From contig FLMG01001670.1 in NCBI GenBank assembly GCA_900088475.1, positions 1-64,000 of the forward strand: a DNA stretch of 64,000 nucleotides, in the 5' to 3' direction. Below the pieces are notes generated by a model. That model made no database searches. It saw only the letters and a program-made list of their open reading frames with translations, and was not told the origin of the DNA. The position numbers and the translations under genes were made by a program. This DNA comes from Hyphochytrium catenoides. Taxonomy: Eukaryota > Protista > Hyphochytriomycota. Numbering within the stretch: the first letter of the stretch is position 1; the number at the start of each line of letters is the position of its first letter. Shown piece by piece: positions 1 to 13,200 of the stretch.

Positions 1-285
1 TGACCGCCGCGGCATATCTTCAGGCATTGCTGTGAGGCAGCTCACACTGGATAACGGTTCCAATTATATAGAGCGGAGTATGATCAGGGTAGAACCAGAC
101 ATATTATGCCCTCCCACAACTCAATTGCTGATATCTGTCTCTGTCTTTGACCTCCGGAGGTGCATTATTATGGGAACGGGCGGTTAAGGGCCGGGCTCTC
201 TTGTAAAGTGTTATTATTACTACATCTACCATGGTCTTTACATGATCTCTGCTCCATGTCAACGCTGCTGCTGAGGACAGAGAGA

Positions 286-290
<5 letters not shown>

Positions 291-342
<52 letters not shown>
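291..342 (+). repeat. (AG)n microsatellite
   Basis: Perfect AG dinucleotide run. Confidence 0.97.
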
Positions 343-344
<2 letters not shown>

Positions 345-544
345 AGCGGGAAGACAGAAAGAGCGAAGAGTAATGACCTGGAAAGGAATGGGGGTGAGAG
401 GTTGTTGGAGGCAGAGGAAGGGAAGGGTTGAGGGAAGGGAGAGAGGAGAAGCGGAAGAAGCATCATGTTGATCCATCAAATCAACAAGGAAGAAAGTCTC
501 CATGTCTCTAGGTGCCCTTGCCCCTCTCTCCTCCTCATGGAGAC

Positions 545-2420
545 TCAGGAGCTATCACGATAAATAGAGACCACCAGCGACGCAGCAGAGGTCTCACCGA
601 GACTGTCGGATGGAACTGCAGACAACAGGGTAGTGGTGTGCAGTACAGAACTGCATGAAATCCAGCAGGAGAGTATTGACGAGGGACCGCATCGGGACAG
701 GGTGAAAAGTCTTCTCTCCCCATCCACCTTCTATTTCTTCTTGCCCTTCTTCTTCTTCTTCGTCTTGTTTTGATTCTTCTTGGACGGAGGACTTTGTGAC
801 GTATCTAGACCAAGACTCTTTTCGAAGGCCTGCATCAGAATCTCATCCGGGACACCGCCTTAAGGTCCAAGGTGCATTGTCAGCGAATTGAGGGAAGAAG
901 AGACCAGGGATAGGGTTAGCGGGGAAGGCTAAGTTAAAAATCCTGTCAGAAGCCCATAATGTAACACTTACGATTGGTTAGATTCATTGGGTCCAACTGA
1001 TGTCGCTTCATTAGCCGGCTGATTTGCTGAGATAAGATGAGAAGTACTGTTTAACACAAGGCAGCTCACGAGCAGCGAGTATGGCGGCACTAACATCAAT
1101 CACTTGCTTCTTGGTCTTCTCATCATCGGTCTCTCTGTACTCTGGAAGGACTCCAGACCAAGGCGGTGGGGCTGCAAATATCGAGGTTAGTGGAGTCGGC
1201 TTCTGCTACTCCTCAAATGTCTCTTCGCCTTAAGCCCTCGCCCGCCCAGTCTTGGAAGAAAAGGAGGCACGAACGGTGACTTGCAGACTTACCCGATTTA
1301 GTCGCTGGCGCAGGCTCTGCGACTTTGCCTTGAGCCTTGGCTGATGCAGCTCTTGTCTGCCCCGACGCCTGTTGCGCCCGTCCTCTGGCATTGGAGTCTT
1401 TGTAACGCGAAGCACAACAATGGCTGTCAAAGAAGGCGATGCACCTTACTGCGCTATGCTTCTCTCCGCCACTCTTCCATCATCCATCGGCCTAATCATT
1501 CCTCTCTTTAGAGAACTTACAGGGTTTCTGGTTGCTCTGGCGTCCAGGTTGACTAGGGGCCGCGGTGCGACTATGATGTGCACAGCAAGGGCAACCGGTA
1601 GGTCCCTCGTTTCTGTATGAGCTGTAGTAGTCATCTTCGTCATCCTCATCACTCTCATCCCCCCAATCCTCATCCTCGTCGTCATATTCGTCATGATAGC
1701 CACCAGAGAAGCCAAAGCCGCCTCCTCCCCCAAAAAAGGAACCACCCCTGCCCATCGCCTGAAGAGATAACGATAGTCAAAAGAAGAGTCGACATGCTGC
1801 GTGGAGGTTCACTCGAGTTCTTACCATTTCGTACATCAAAATCTCCTCCAATATCTCTGGGTGGCAGAATACCTCGTCCTCCTCGTCGTCGAAGACAAAT
1901 CCTGGGATGCCAGAGCCTCGGCGACGATTCCTACCCCCAAACGTTGAATTGAACATATGCGACTTGAACGCCATGTCCATAAACCGCATAAACAGGAAGT
2001 CCTGTCCGTCCAAGCGCCAGAGAGGCCATTTTAGACCCTAACACACCCTCGACTCTTGCGACAATGTTACTACCTACCTCGTCAAAGTCTTCAAAGTCTT
2101 CCTCCTCAATGTCGGAGTCGAAGTCATAGTCCGCCGAAGGGGTAGGCCCCTCTTTGTAGTACTTGTTGAGCACATGGAAGGCCTTGCTTATCTGATTTAG
2201 GCGCAACAAAAGACAGTCAGTGGGGGTTTCACGTCCATTCGCCATCCACCTTCGCCTATATGGCTACCTCCTGAAACTTCTCGGTGGCGTCAGCCTCGCT
2301 CAGAGTTTTGCATTTGTCGGGGTGGTACTGCAAGGCTAGCGTCTTATAGGTCTTCTTCACGACCTCGATGGACGTCGGCATCTCCAGCCCTAGAACGGCG
2401 GCAGCTTCCACTGGTCTCAT
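545..2420 (-). CDS. J-domain (DnaJ/Hsp40-family) protein, multi-exon, with acidic and G/F-rich regions; 3' end uncertain
   Basis: Exon 1 reads MRPVEAAAVLGL...KKTYKTLALQYHPDKCK...ATEKFQE and splices to ISKAFHVL, completing a J-domain with the HPD motif. Downstream exons join in frame through GT-AG introns: GGSFFGGGGGFGFSGG, acidic tracts, QISRLMKRHQLDPMNLTNRGVPDEILMQAFEKSLG. The stop at 545 is tentative. Confidence 0.8.
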
Positions 2421-3251
2421 CCTGGAATGCTGATCACTCCGAGGAGACTCCTCGTACTTTGTCTTGCCGGGAGTGTCGTACTGACGAGATGGAGCTTGAG
2501 GATGAAGATTGACAAGTGTCAAGCAAGAGCCTTCAATCTCGGCTCCTAGGACGTCTGCACCCCCAACCAGGTTATGCTTTCTTGTTCGGATGTCGCCGCT
2601 GCTGCCTGTCTCTATGACGGTGCTTGCTGCTCGAAAGGTTTGGCGCGAAAGCGGCGGTGAGCGATTCTTTTAGCCGCTGAAGCACGGCAGCTGTAGAACC
2701 TATTATTATGCACTGGAGGGTATTATCTTCGTATTGCAGTTGACGCTAGGGCATTACTATTCCTGCTAAGGTAACAAGCAAGAAGGGAACTGTTGGATGT
2801 TGAAGGGAAGTGGCTCGATAAATGATTAATCATGAATTAGTTATGGATTAATTGATTCTTGAAACTCTCACTTGCAGATTATCTGGGATCTGGGCATCAT
2901 CAGAAGTAGACGACGTTGTGCGAGGAAGAAGAATCTGATGGGAGGAGTTTATCATTTGTGATGAAGAAGCCCTGGGTCTTCTTCTCTAACTTTATGAGCA
3001 TAATGACACACGGACAACAATCATGCTGATTATTCAACAGTAGCTCAGGTATCGACAAGAGGATGGAGGTAGACAGCAGATAACAACAGATAATAGCTAC
3101 ATTGGCTAATCTTTCACCACCTAGCGAAAGGGCTAGCTTTCTTCATCTATGAAGCTCGGAAGACATCTATCTTCCGCTATAAATAAGTTCGATAACAATA
3201 GTGCCACCAGACACTGTTCTGCTGGTTAAACTCCCAGCAGCAACAATGATA

Positions 3252-4673
3252 TCAGTGCAGCAACCAGCGTATGCTTGGGAGTTGAACCCGCTTGAACCCG
3301 CCGGTCATTGGGATAGACGAGGCTAATGGTGGCAAAGTGATCATCTCTCGCTTTTGATTACTGGTAACGCCCGATGGCATGAGCGACTTTGTCGAAGGTA
3401 ACCTGGGGAAAGCTTGCGGTGAGGGGGACTGACTCGTATGTGGCTGTGGTGCCAGTTGGTGAAAGGAAGGGACGCTGGTCTTCTCTGGACCAGGGAGAGG
3501 AGAAACTTCGTCATCTGTAGCCACTGAGGTAGAGCCATCATCCTCTTCGTCTTCGCCTGAATCTATCTCTGAGTGCTTCCTTTTCAGCCCTCGATTAGCC
3601 GTACAGATATTCTCCGCCTCCACCGACTTCCAGAACTTCCTTTCAAGATGAAAAAGCTCAGTAAAGACCTCGTGCCGGTGCTTTCTGTCCATAGGCTTGC
3701 CGCTCTTTTCTTCTGCCGCTAACCGCCGGTAGACATGGTACTTCCTTACGCAGCCTGCAAACTTTTTGCTGACTCTCATAGGACTGCAACGCAAAACTTC
3801 TGACAAGAACTTCCGTAAGGAGGTGCTACCAGGGATTGGCAGCTGCCCAGCTTTAAAAACTTTGATCAAAGCCTCAGCGTAAGCTTCCTCCTCAACAGTC
3901 CACCGACCTCGACGGACTTTTTGAGCGCTTCTTCGATGAGTGTTACACTGCCATCCCGACCCACTTCTTGTAAGCCAGGAAGGATGACATCCACTAACGC
4001 TAGGTTTGTCACCTACATCAGCAGCCAGGTCTTCCACTGCAGATCTCCACGATAGACGGTGACTAAGTGAGGTCGAAGACGTAGATTCCGTTGTTGCCGG
4101 AGAAGATGCTGGGCTGCTACCAGTTTCCTCTACAACCATTGCTGCTTCTTGAGCAGCGGAGAGAGCCACCTCCAGCTCATCCTCGGGACAGACTGCAAAA
4201 GACCTATACTTGCATAGAGGAAATTTCTTGCTTATCCTCATTGGATCACAGTTCAGAGCTTCGGCAAGAAATTTGCGAAGAGACATGTTTGGGGCTAGCT
4301 TCAGTTCCCCTTTCTTGATAGAGGCAATTAGCCTCTCGGCGTAAGCCTCTTCCTCTGGTGTCCACCTTCCTCGGCGCCACGAAGGAGGGGAAGATGAGTG
4401 TGAACCTCTTGACTTAGTAGGTAAGTCCATTCTTGGAGATGCTGGTCCTCTTAACTTGGAGTCAAATAGACCAAAAGATTCGGCAAGCCGGGAGCCTGTT
4501 GTTGCTGCTACAGCAGCATTAGCCTTTGCCTTCACTGCCAGTTTATCTATACCTTTGCAGTCTCTGCTTTCTGACTCGCTGGTAACTGCATTTGACCAGC
4601 ATGATGATGGCTTCTCTAATGCCGCCGCCGACAAAGGAAAGGGAGATATGCTAATGTTGGGTAGAACCATCAT
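3252..4673 (-). CDS. Intronless putative transcription factor with two stramenopile-type Myb/SANT-like repeats
   Basis: 473-aa ORF containing RRGRWTPEEEAYAERLI...SLRKFLAEALNCDPMRISKKF and RRGRWTVEEEAYAEALI...SLRKFLSEVLRCSPMRVSKKF. Also a basic LKRK motif and an S/P-rich tail. Confidence 0.85.
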   Translation of the reverse strand: MMVLPNISISPFPLSAAALEKPSSCWSNAVTSESESRDCKGIDKLAVKAKANAAVAATTGSRLAESFGLFDSKLRGPASPRMDLPTKSRGSHSSSPPSWRRGRWTPEEEAYAERLIASIKKGELKLAPNMSLRKFLAEALNCDPMRISKKFPLCKYRSFAVCPEDELEVALSAAQEAAMVVEETGSSPASSPATTESTSSTSLSHRLSWRSAVEDLAADVGDKPSVSGCHPSWLTRSGSGWQCNTHRRSAQKVRRGRWTVEEEAYAEALIKVFKAGQLPIPGSTSLRKFLSEVLRCSPMRVSKKFAGCVRKYHVYRRLAAEEKSGKPMDRKHRHEVFTELFHLERKFWKSVEAENICTANRGLKRKHSEIDSGEDEEDDGSTSVATDDEVSPLPGPEKTSVPSFHQLAPQPHTSQSPSPQAFPRLPSTKSLMPSGVTSNQKREMITLPPLASSIPMTGGFKRVQLPSIRWLLH

Positions 4674-5594
4674 CGCTATAGAAGTGACTCCTCCAAAGGG
4701 AGAAGCTAATAGAAGGTGGTCTGTGCTTCTTAGTAGTAGTGCTATGATTTGTCTGCAAGGTCAGGCGAACAGGCCAGCATAGGTAGAGTATTGCTCTTCT
4801 CCGTCTTCGTCGTCATCGCCTGTTGCTGCGCTCAGGGCAGCCAAATGCAAACTGCCTGATATCCGCTGATCGGTTCGGGGACCTCTTTCTAAGGCCTGTG
4901 AGGTTGCGACAATAGAACGGTGGGCATGTGCTGCTTCATCATCATGGGAGAGGCGAGAGAGAAGAGAGGAAAGCGCAGCACTTAGTGCATGATCCATCAT
5001 CATCATGAGAGGCCACAGCCAAACTAGTCACTCCTCCTCCATGAACTGCTAAATACGGGATAGGACGCAATATGTACTGAATAGAAACCATTCCTCCCGT
5101 TCAGATTCCTTATTACTTGCTGCTGTACACCTAAGATGTCAAATGGGAGGGACAGATTCTCCTCTTTTTCTACCCTCCACTCCTGACACACATTTAGACG
5201 ATGTGCCCTCAGATCTAGTAACAATACTACTGGAAGCTAGAGGATGACCATCAACATGTGTGTCAGAACGAAGATCCCACTTTGGAGCAGTTTTGATCTT
5301 TTCTGTGTCTTTTCTAGGAGGAGACCGAATCTTCTTTCTGTCCCCAATAAGGAAGTTTAACTTACTGTAGGCGGGGATTCGAACTTCAAAATAGCAGCAA
5401 TGACCCCTGTGGAGAGTATGGTAGGGCTTGGGCTTGAAGAAGGGAAGGTCGGCGGCGTGTCCTCCTCTCAGCGCTGTAACGGCCCCTCTGCCGCATCTTC
5501 TGGGCCCTGAAGATTCAACTTTACGGCAAGCCCCGTGATCCTTCTAAGATTCCTCCCCACAGAATCTGCAGGCTGGGAAGATGCCTCGGCTTGC

Positions 5595-5597
<3 letters not shown>

Positions 5598-5629
<32 letters not shown>

Positions 5630-6100
5630 CTTCTCTCTCGCTCTCTCTCTCTCTACTCTCTCCCTCTTCTGTCTTTCTCTCTTCTCTCTCTCTCTCTCTC
5701 TTTCTTTCTCTCTCTTCTCTCTTTCTCTCTCTCTCTTTTTCTTGACTATTTTTGGGGGGAGCGACTCTGGACACCAAGGAGGCAGCTGCTGCTTGAGCGA
5801 GGATGGACGATGAGTTGATGGTGGAAGAAGGGGGAAATCTTGGAAGACAAGAGAAGGTGTTTGCTGATGATGTGGGTCTGCTTGCGCTGGCCTTCTTCCT
5901 TTCCCTTCCTCTTCTCTTCTCAAGCTCTTCACACACTCAACGATCCAGAGAGGTGCGAAAAGATTGATCTGTCTGCTACGACAGCTAGAGAACATGTCTC
6001 TCCCTCTCACCCTTCCATTCCTCTATTATTACTCTCTCTTTTCTTTCTCTCTCTTCTTTCTTTTTTCTTCTCTCTCTCTCTTTGCCCCGCTCTCTCTCTC
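5598..6100 (+). repeat. Compound (CT)n microsatellite region
   Basis: Two CT-rich tracts (~5598-5740 and ~5995-6100). Confidence 0.9.
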
Positions 6101-6599
6101 TGCCTGCTGTCTCTTATGCGTCGTACTCTTGGTCGTACTTGGTCCTGGCACGAACCCAACCACCAGCAGCACAACAAACCTCTCTTCGCCGGTGGTACGA
6201 GTTTAACTGCTGGCACAAAAGTTGGGAAGAGGGTCTACCTTTATTACTGAGAAGGCTGAGGCGGCCCTGCAGCTGTGACACAAAACACTTCCGTCAGGGG
6301 TGAGGAGGAGGAGGATGCGAGAGCAAGATGTCCCATGGGATTTGAATGGAGGATGTGGCAGAAAGAATCTCACTTCACAGATAGGGAACAGACGGAAAAA
6401 CGCAGCGGCAANNNNNNNNNNNNNNNNNNNNNNNNNNNNNNNNNTTATAATAAGTTGGACTCCTGCCTGCGGAAAGAGCGGGCAAATATGTTAGTCCAAC
6501 GTCAGGCCATCGATCCGTTGCTGCCCTCGCTCGTCTAACCTCCGAAGGAAGAATAAATACGGCAGCCTTGTACTAGCTTCTCCCACTACTCAGAGTAGG

Positions 6600-8560
6600 A
6601 CGAATCTTTCATAATGGCCTTTGTCCTTGCCTTCGTCCTTCACTCTTGTTCCGTTTGATTGAAGATAACGTTAACTGACACCGACGTCACTGTGACTGCT
6701 GCAACGAAGAAGAAAGAGAGACGTTAGATGATCGTTGGCCGTCGGCTCTCGCTTCTAGCAGAAGATGTGGCGTGCCACCATGTCTTCCTGATACAATCTG
6801 TGTGTTGTGTGGGTGAATTCTTTCAGTTTCCAGCCAACAGCAGCAGGTTCTTTCACTCGCATCTATGAGATTCCTAATCATTAGGACGGCTCCCTTTGTC
6901 GTCAAGAGCGTCATGGAGAGAGTTGCTGCCTTTGTTGTCCACACTGGTTCTTGACATGCACTCCTCTCCATGGCAGATGGCACAAGGCTGGTCTCATGCT
7001 CTCCTCATGCTATTATTCCACAGAGTCACTCTTCTCTCGCTAAATTTGTCTCTTAACTCTTTCTCATGCCATATTCTCATTGCTTCTCTCTGTCTCTTCC
7101 CTCGCTGTACTTTCGCATTTTTTATCACTCACCTCCATCTTCTTTCTCTCTTACCACTCTCCCTTCTCTCTTTCTCTTTGTCTCTTTCTCTGTTGTCGCT
7201 ATGTCTGTCTATCTGTCTCTCTCTCTCTCTCTCTCATTTCTCGTTTCACCCTCCCTTGTTCCGGTTTTCTCTCCTGCATCGGCCCAGACCTTCCTCCCCT
7301 CTTCCACTTCTTGCATCTTCAGAGCAGTTTCGCTTGCTTTTTTTTTCTTCGAATCAGGACACCCTGGGAAGGCTACACCATGATAGTGAAAGACAGTGCG
7401 TCATCTCTCGCTCGTGCTCCACATACTATCTAGAAGTAACGTGCCAACGATGTCCGTCGGTCCCTTGATCACATGTACGTTGCAAGAGAAGCTCCCCCTC
7501 CTGTTCTTCTCAACTTCTCTCAAGATGATTAACGTGCCGATCCTCAGCCCCGGGACGAGGACGAAGACTGCTGTTCGTTGTTTTGAATGAACTTCTTGCC
7601 AATCCTCCTCGACCTCCTTATGGTAGTACAGTGCCGGCGAATCGGCAGCTAATCTGCACCGGGAAGTAGATTCTTCTAGTCCACCCACCACGCAGATTAC
7701 TAGGTAGCGGGACAAAAGAATTCCTGAGGAAGTGCACTGTACAGTCTTTGAATGATCGCTCTATGGCAGCTACTAACTATAGAACAAAGCTGTCCATTCG
7801 GCTGTGTCTTTCTTTTATCAATTGTGCGGTTGCATAATGAATGTTGATGTCATCATGTTATAAATGTTGTTCGTCTAGTAGATCTAGGGCCAGTCACCTG
7901 CAGTGTACGCGGGAGGTAGTAGGAGCTCATGCCAGGGAGTAGCACGCACAGTTGCCACTATCTGCCTTAGTATTGATTGATAGACAGTTCTGAGACGGAT
8001 GAGAGCAAGTAGCAGGAGAAGAGCGGTGGACGAAGCCGTAAAAAAATTGTGAGGAATGCTTAGGCTCGTTGCCCGATACGTGCCATTGTTGCTTGTTATA
8101 GCTGCCTTGGGTGGGTGACAACAAGGCTAGAGATGATGAATCTTGTTCTTTTTTTCTGATGAATCTATAAATGAAGGCTCCGCGGCAGATGATGCCAGCG
8201 GAAGGCGACTTCTAAAGATCCGTATGGCCACGAGACCACAGCTAGTGACAGGTCGGGATCTTTACCTCCCGTCGATCACTAGTCGTCTCCGTGATGCTGG
8301 TTCAGAGGTTTGCTAAGGACTTCACCATGGTAGATCCTTATACTTGTCTGTTACGCCTGCCATGAACTCTTAGCCTACCCTTAGTTGCAGGGTTTGTCAG
8401 GCGGAGGCCATCAGCCGGCACATCGAAGGATGATGAGTCATGAACATTATTAGCATGATTGTGTGAATACATTGAGGCAAGTTGGGGAAGCTCTGGTCCC
8501 TCATCATCATGGATCTTTAGATAGTTAAAGATTCTCTTGTTGGCGTAGCACACCAGCAGC
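6600..8560 (-). mobile_element. Probable highly decayed MULE/MuDR transposase remnant, interrupted by a CT microsatellite
   Basis: Broken frames give MULE-like motifs in the expected order: HNH (~8460), HCR*LALD (7882-7908), NGQL...HFLRN (~7730-7798), LVICVVGGLEES (~7668-7705) and SWIM-like IDASERTCCCW (~6834-6870). Many stops and frameshifts; no TIRs seen. Confidence 0.4.
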
Positions 8561-10251
8561 GGCCCACAAAGCTGCCTCCTCCTTCTTTGCTAGCCGCACG
8601 GCTTGCGAAGTCCTCATCTACATAAGCATAACGAGTAGGTGTGAAAGGGGGAACCTCTTGACGACCGTAGGTTGAGGGGCAAGTGATGGTGACGTACTCC
8701 TACTATCTTTCTATGCTGATCAACCTTTTATTTAAGACTCCTTAGAGCTTTTAGAGCTTCAGCGTAGGAGGCTGTTTGTGCTGATCTCCTTCTTAGACAC
8801 AGTGGGCGCTGCCGCAGCAACAAGTAAGAATAATGAAAGCGCAAAGAACCTTGAGTGCAGAGCTTTTTATCGCTAATTATATTGTTATTAACTTGGAGTC
8901 CCGGTACAAGACAAAGCATTGCCACCATCCAGTTGCTTCCCATAAGCTTGTCTGCATCAGACAGGTGAACAAGAGTGCTTACCCGATCGCGCCTCCCTTT
9001 TAAAGGAAATGTTGGTTAGGAGTACGCGCAGGGCCATCAAACTCTTCCGGAGACACGTAGAAAGCTACTCTTCGTCGACAAGGCTCTTACTTAGCTACTG
9101 GTAGCTAGGCTTCTGTTAATGGAACGGTCAACAGGTCAGGCGCGTGCATCTCCGGAGCTGTGAAGGAAAGAAGAACAGAGACACCACTACACACTGCTCA
9201 AGTCAGCCTCCTCTAACCACAACTCTGGCCCATTCTGCTGCTGAGGCGCCAATCCAAAGATTGCTGGCAGCTTAGCATTTGACGACTTGATTATAGTCAG
9301 TCGACTTCATCTCCTATTTCGTTCCCGCCACAGCTGTGGCTGCTGCTGCTGACTTGCATGTCATAATAGTAGCTCTAGGTGCCACACATGGCATACAAGC
9401 ATATTGGGAGCTAAAACAAGGCAAGACGATGCCTTCCCAACTGCCGGCCCCGAGCTGGCGACGGGCAGCATGACTCCACCTGATGCGCAGCAAAGGTTGG
9501 CGTTCTGTTGGAGGGCCATTCCCGCTACCGCTCTATCTACAACCTCCCAATACAATGAAGAGCACAGCAGTAATGCTCCATCCCAAATAAAGAGCTTTTA
9601 CTGCTACCTTGGAGCCAGACTTCAATGAGTAGGATAGCTGCCGTAGAAGGACTATCACTGTTTCAACCAAGAGGAGGAAGGGGATGAAAAATCTTCAGAA
9701 GAGAGGAGTCCAAAGTCCAAAGCTTCAAAATTCGCTGTCGATGCCGATTCCTATCTACGTTAGCGGCTATGCCGTCCTGATGAAAGGAAGGGCCTGTGCC
9801 CCTGCTACAGTACCCACTCTCACAAGATTGATTACTAAAATATAGTGTTTCCTAGTAATCGAAGGCACGGACTGAGAGGCTTTTGGATGGCTGGGTGGAC
9901 GGAGCAGCGATGATCTTCAAGACAAAATCTGCAGATTTATTATCAGAGTTCAAGCACATGCAAGATAGGTTATCCGTGCTATGTATAGGGTTAGACCTCT
10001 GATCTAGGGGTTTATAGCAGCAGTACGCTACTCTTCGTTGTGCTCCTCCTAGGCCTTGCTTTGCCAGATAGTTCACTTATTCCCCTAAGCCTTCTTTGCA
10101 GCATAGGCGAGGCGCGACGACGGGTACTCTTCCCTTGTTCTTCTGTCCTTTGACTAGATCCTATGTATTTAGTTCGGGTCTTCGCTCTGAGGTCCCTTTG
10201 AGGCTCTTTCGGACAAAGTCGTTCTCATCCGGGAGGAAAGGTGCTTGTATT

Positions 10252-13200
10252 ATGACACCCACGGGACCTGCGGTTCCTCCAGATTCTGCCTCATCAAGCG
10301 CTGCTGCTTCGGGGAAGGAAAATGGCACTACCCTGAGGCAAGCTAAACCGCTACCAATACTTCCTGTCCCTCTGGAAGAGCTTAGNNNNNNNNNNNNNNN
10401 NNNNNNNTCGCCTATTTATCATCTCTCTCTCGTATAATGCTATGCCTCGGCCTCTTCCTTACCTATCGATCCGTCTGCTTCATCCTTCTTTATACCTCCG
10501 AACCGTAACCATCACACTTATCAAATTGTTGGTCCTGCCTCTCTCTGTCTGTAGACCCAGAGTTCTCTTGGGAGAGCGTGAAGTCGAAAGCACTGCAGAC
10601 ACTTGCTGCGGAGAAGGTCAGTGCTACCTGATCTAGTGAAGGAAAGGAGAGACCGTGGCTCTCAGATGCTTGACTCTCTTCTCCGTTCAGAGTCCAGAAG
10701 GAGCTCGGTCAATCTTTTCTTCAACTATTGGAGAATGGGTAGCTAAGTACGAACAGGAGAAAGATTCTTGGTATAAGCGCACGACTCTTCTAGGTTTTCT
10801 CTCTCTCTCTCTCTTCTTCTCTCTCTCTCTCTCTCTTTGATCTTGCTCTTTACTTTCGCACTTCTCTGTCTCCTATCTCTCTCGTCTCAGATTTCCGATT
10901 GCAACCTTTCACCGTTATGTAAGGCTGAAGACTCTGACTGTGCTTGAACCTCAGGAGGAAGAATTATATTGCCGATGCCATTTGTCATCTTTGGTGCGAG
11001 TTCGCAGACATGGAGAAGACTTTGAAGCAGTTCAAGCAGGTCTCGTACGCCTGTTCAGCTTTTCTCCACGCTAGGGGAGTGTTACGTCCTCTTACCTCCT
11101 TCGTACCTTTCCGGTGCATCTTTTGGTAGGCCGTTAAAGTCTTTGAGAGTGCGATAAGCTGTCCTGTCGCTGGTAAGAGGGCTCTGGTGTGGATTCGGTA
11201 AGTCTTGTATCCATCTACGACGCTAACGAAGGGTCTTTTGGTCGTCCCGCCCTCTTCAATCGTCAATTCTATTACAAGCCTGTGCGCTCCGCCTTCCCGT
11301 ATATAGCTTGTCTCCGTTTCCGTCCTCTCCCTTCTTCTTAAAATATCCACCACCTGTCCGTATTGGTCCCTCTGCTTGGGGCTGTGTACCGCTCCTACGA
11401 TCCTTATGGTTGCTCTGCCTCTTTCAGCTATGCGGAGTACTATGTCGAACGCCAAAAGCATGGGAACGCCAATAAGGTCTTTCTCCGGGCGATAGAGAGC
11501 ATGACGGTAAGTTGGCAATCAGCACGATCCAAAATGTCCTGTAGATGTCTTCTATATTCACTGTGAAAACACGCCTTGCTAATCTTTCCATATCCTGCCC
11601 GGTACTGATCTCCTCTTGTCATCTGTTTAGATTCCGGAGGTTCTCACGGTATGGGAGCATTTCTTGACCCATGTCAACTCCATGAACAAGAGCGCGTCAC
11701 CAGAAAAGCCCGAGCTTACTATGGAGGCGCTGCAGGCCTCAGCTCTGTCACCTGAGAAGCTAGCAGAGTTCACCGCTGAGTTAAAAGCCTATAGGGAAAA
11801 GGGTATTCAATTGCTGCTGTGCCGCTTAGATTCTTTCGCGATTGACTCAATGCGCAGTATCGCCCTTACCGAGCCTTTGCGACTCAGGAGTTTGTCGTTT
11901 GCCCTTTCTGCCTGATATCCTTCATCTCTTCCTGCTGCTTCCTTCTTTTGTCTCATGTCTATCCTTCCATGTAGAGGAGCGAGAAGAAGTAGTCGTAGCG
12001 TCTATCAAGTCTCCCACCCAGATTGTACGTGAGAAGATTGCGCAGGCAAAAGAGTCAGGCATGGTTGTGGACCTTGAAGGGGAAGAGTCTCAGCCCTCTC
12101 CTAGGATAGCCCCTCGTTCCGCTGCGCCTTCCCAGTCTTCGGGACCCATCTCTTCTACCACGCAGCTACCTTCCGTCATGGGACAAAGTGCACCTTCAAA
12201 CGTTGGCGCCCGACCCGTAACTTCCATCCCCCTGGGAACTCCCAAGGGCGGTGCCATTCTCCAGCAGCCTCGCACCCCTGGCCCTATCCTTGGTGCACTT
12301 CCGACCCCTGCTAACGCCTTGCGCGGTCCGCCAATGCCGCGGGTCCCTCATCATCCTGCAGGGCTAGCAGCGGGTGGAAGACAGAACATTCCGCCATCGT
12401 CTTTCGCCCCGTCTTCTCTTCCATCTCATGCCGGTGTTCCGCCCCCTGCTCGTTCATATCCCCCTTCACAACCTCCTCCTCTTCACCAACCTCCTTTCCC
12501 TAGCCAACGGTCAGGCTCTTTTCCCTCGCCTTCTTTTTCACCTCCTTCTCATACTCCCCCCATGCGCGGAAATGTGAGAGAACCTCTTCCTATGCGCCAT
12601 CCTGCGCGTGAGCCGTCTCCTCCTGTGCGAGCGCCTTTGAGAGATGCACCTAGTCCGGTCGCGAAGCCTGCTGTCACGACCCCACCACCTCCCCCACGGC
12701 CCAGTCTTCTCTTTGATCCTTTGCCTTCTACTGTACCTATTCCTCAGGTCCCCGAGGGTGTCCTGGTCAACCTCAGTGAAGTCTTACAGGTAAGATAACG
12801 CTTCCGGTACAGTCACTCTCCTTCCGTCGTGGTAGTCTTATCACAGGGGTTGTTGTCTTTTCTTCCACTCTACCCTTGGTATATATTTCCTTGGCTCATC
12901 GTTTCTGCTCTACAGTCACGACCCATCTTCATAGCCTGTCCTCCGTCCCCTCGCACCCATCGTAGTTGTTTTCCCTATGGCATAGGCTTTGTTCTCACGC
13001 TTGTGCCCTTAATGTCTTCCTCAGGATCGGTCTGTCTTTGACAGAGTGCAAGCTTTATATGATGCTCAGGTGGCTCGAGACCAAGATTATTTGAGGCGGT
13101 GGGGAGCGCTGTACAATGGACAAGCGGACGAAGGTGCAAGGCTGGCACAGACACACAAGGCCGAGCTTGCTCGGGAAGGAGGGCAAGGAAGCCCTCAGGT

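Noticed and set aside
104-503. ORFs with ERERER or SLSLSL runs (also 5468-6303, 6896-7468, 29855-30305, 34724-35318, 57183-57852)
   Set aside because: They are translations of stop-free AG/CT microsatellites, with no domain content.
5360-5400. GTTCGAATCCCCGC on the minus strand, resembling a tRNA T-loop/B-box
   Set aside because: The T-stem 5' arm does not pair, and no cloverleaf or A-box can be built.
10985-11518. 177-aa minus-strand ORF
   Set aside because: Antisense to HAT exons and introns, with no recognisable motif.
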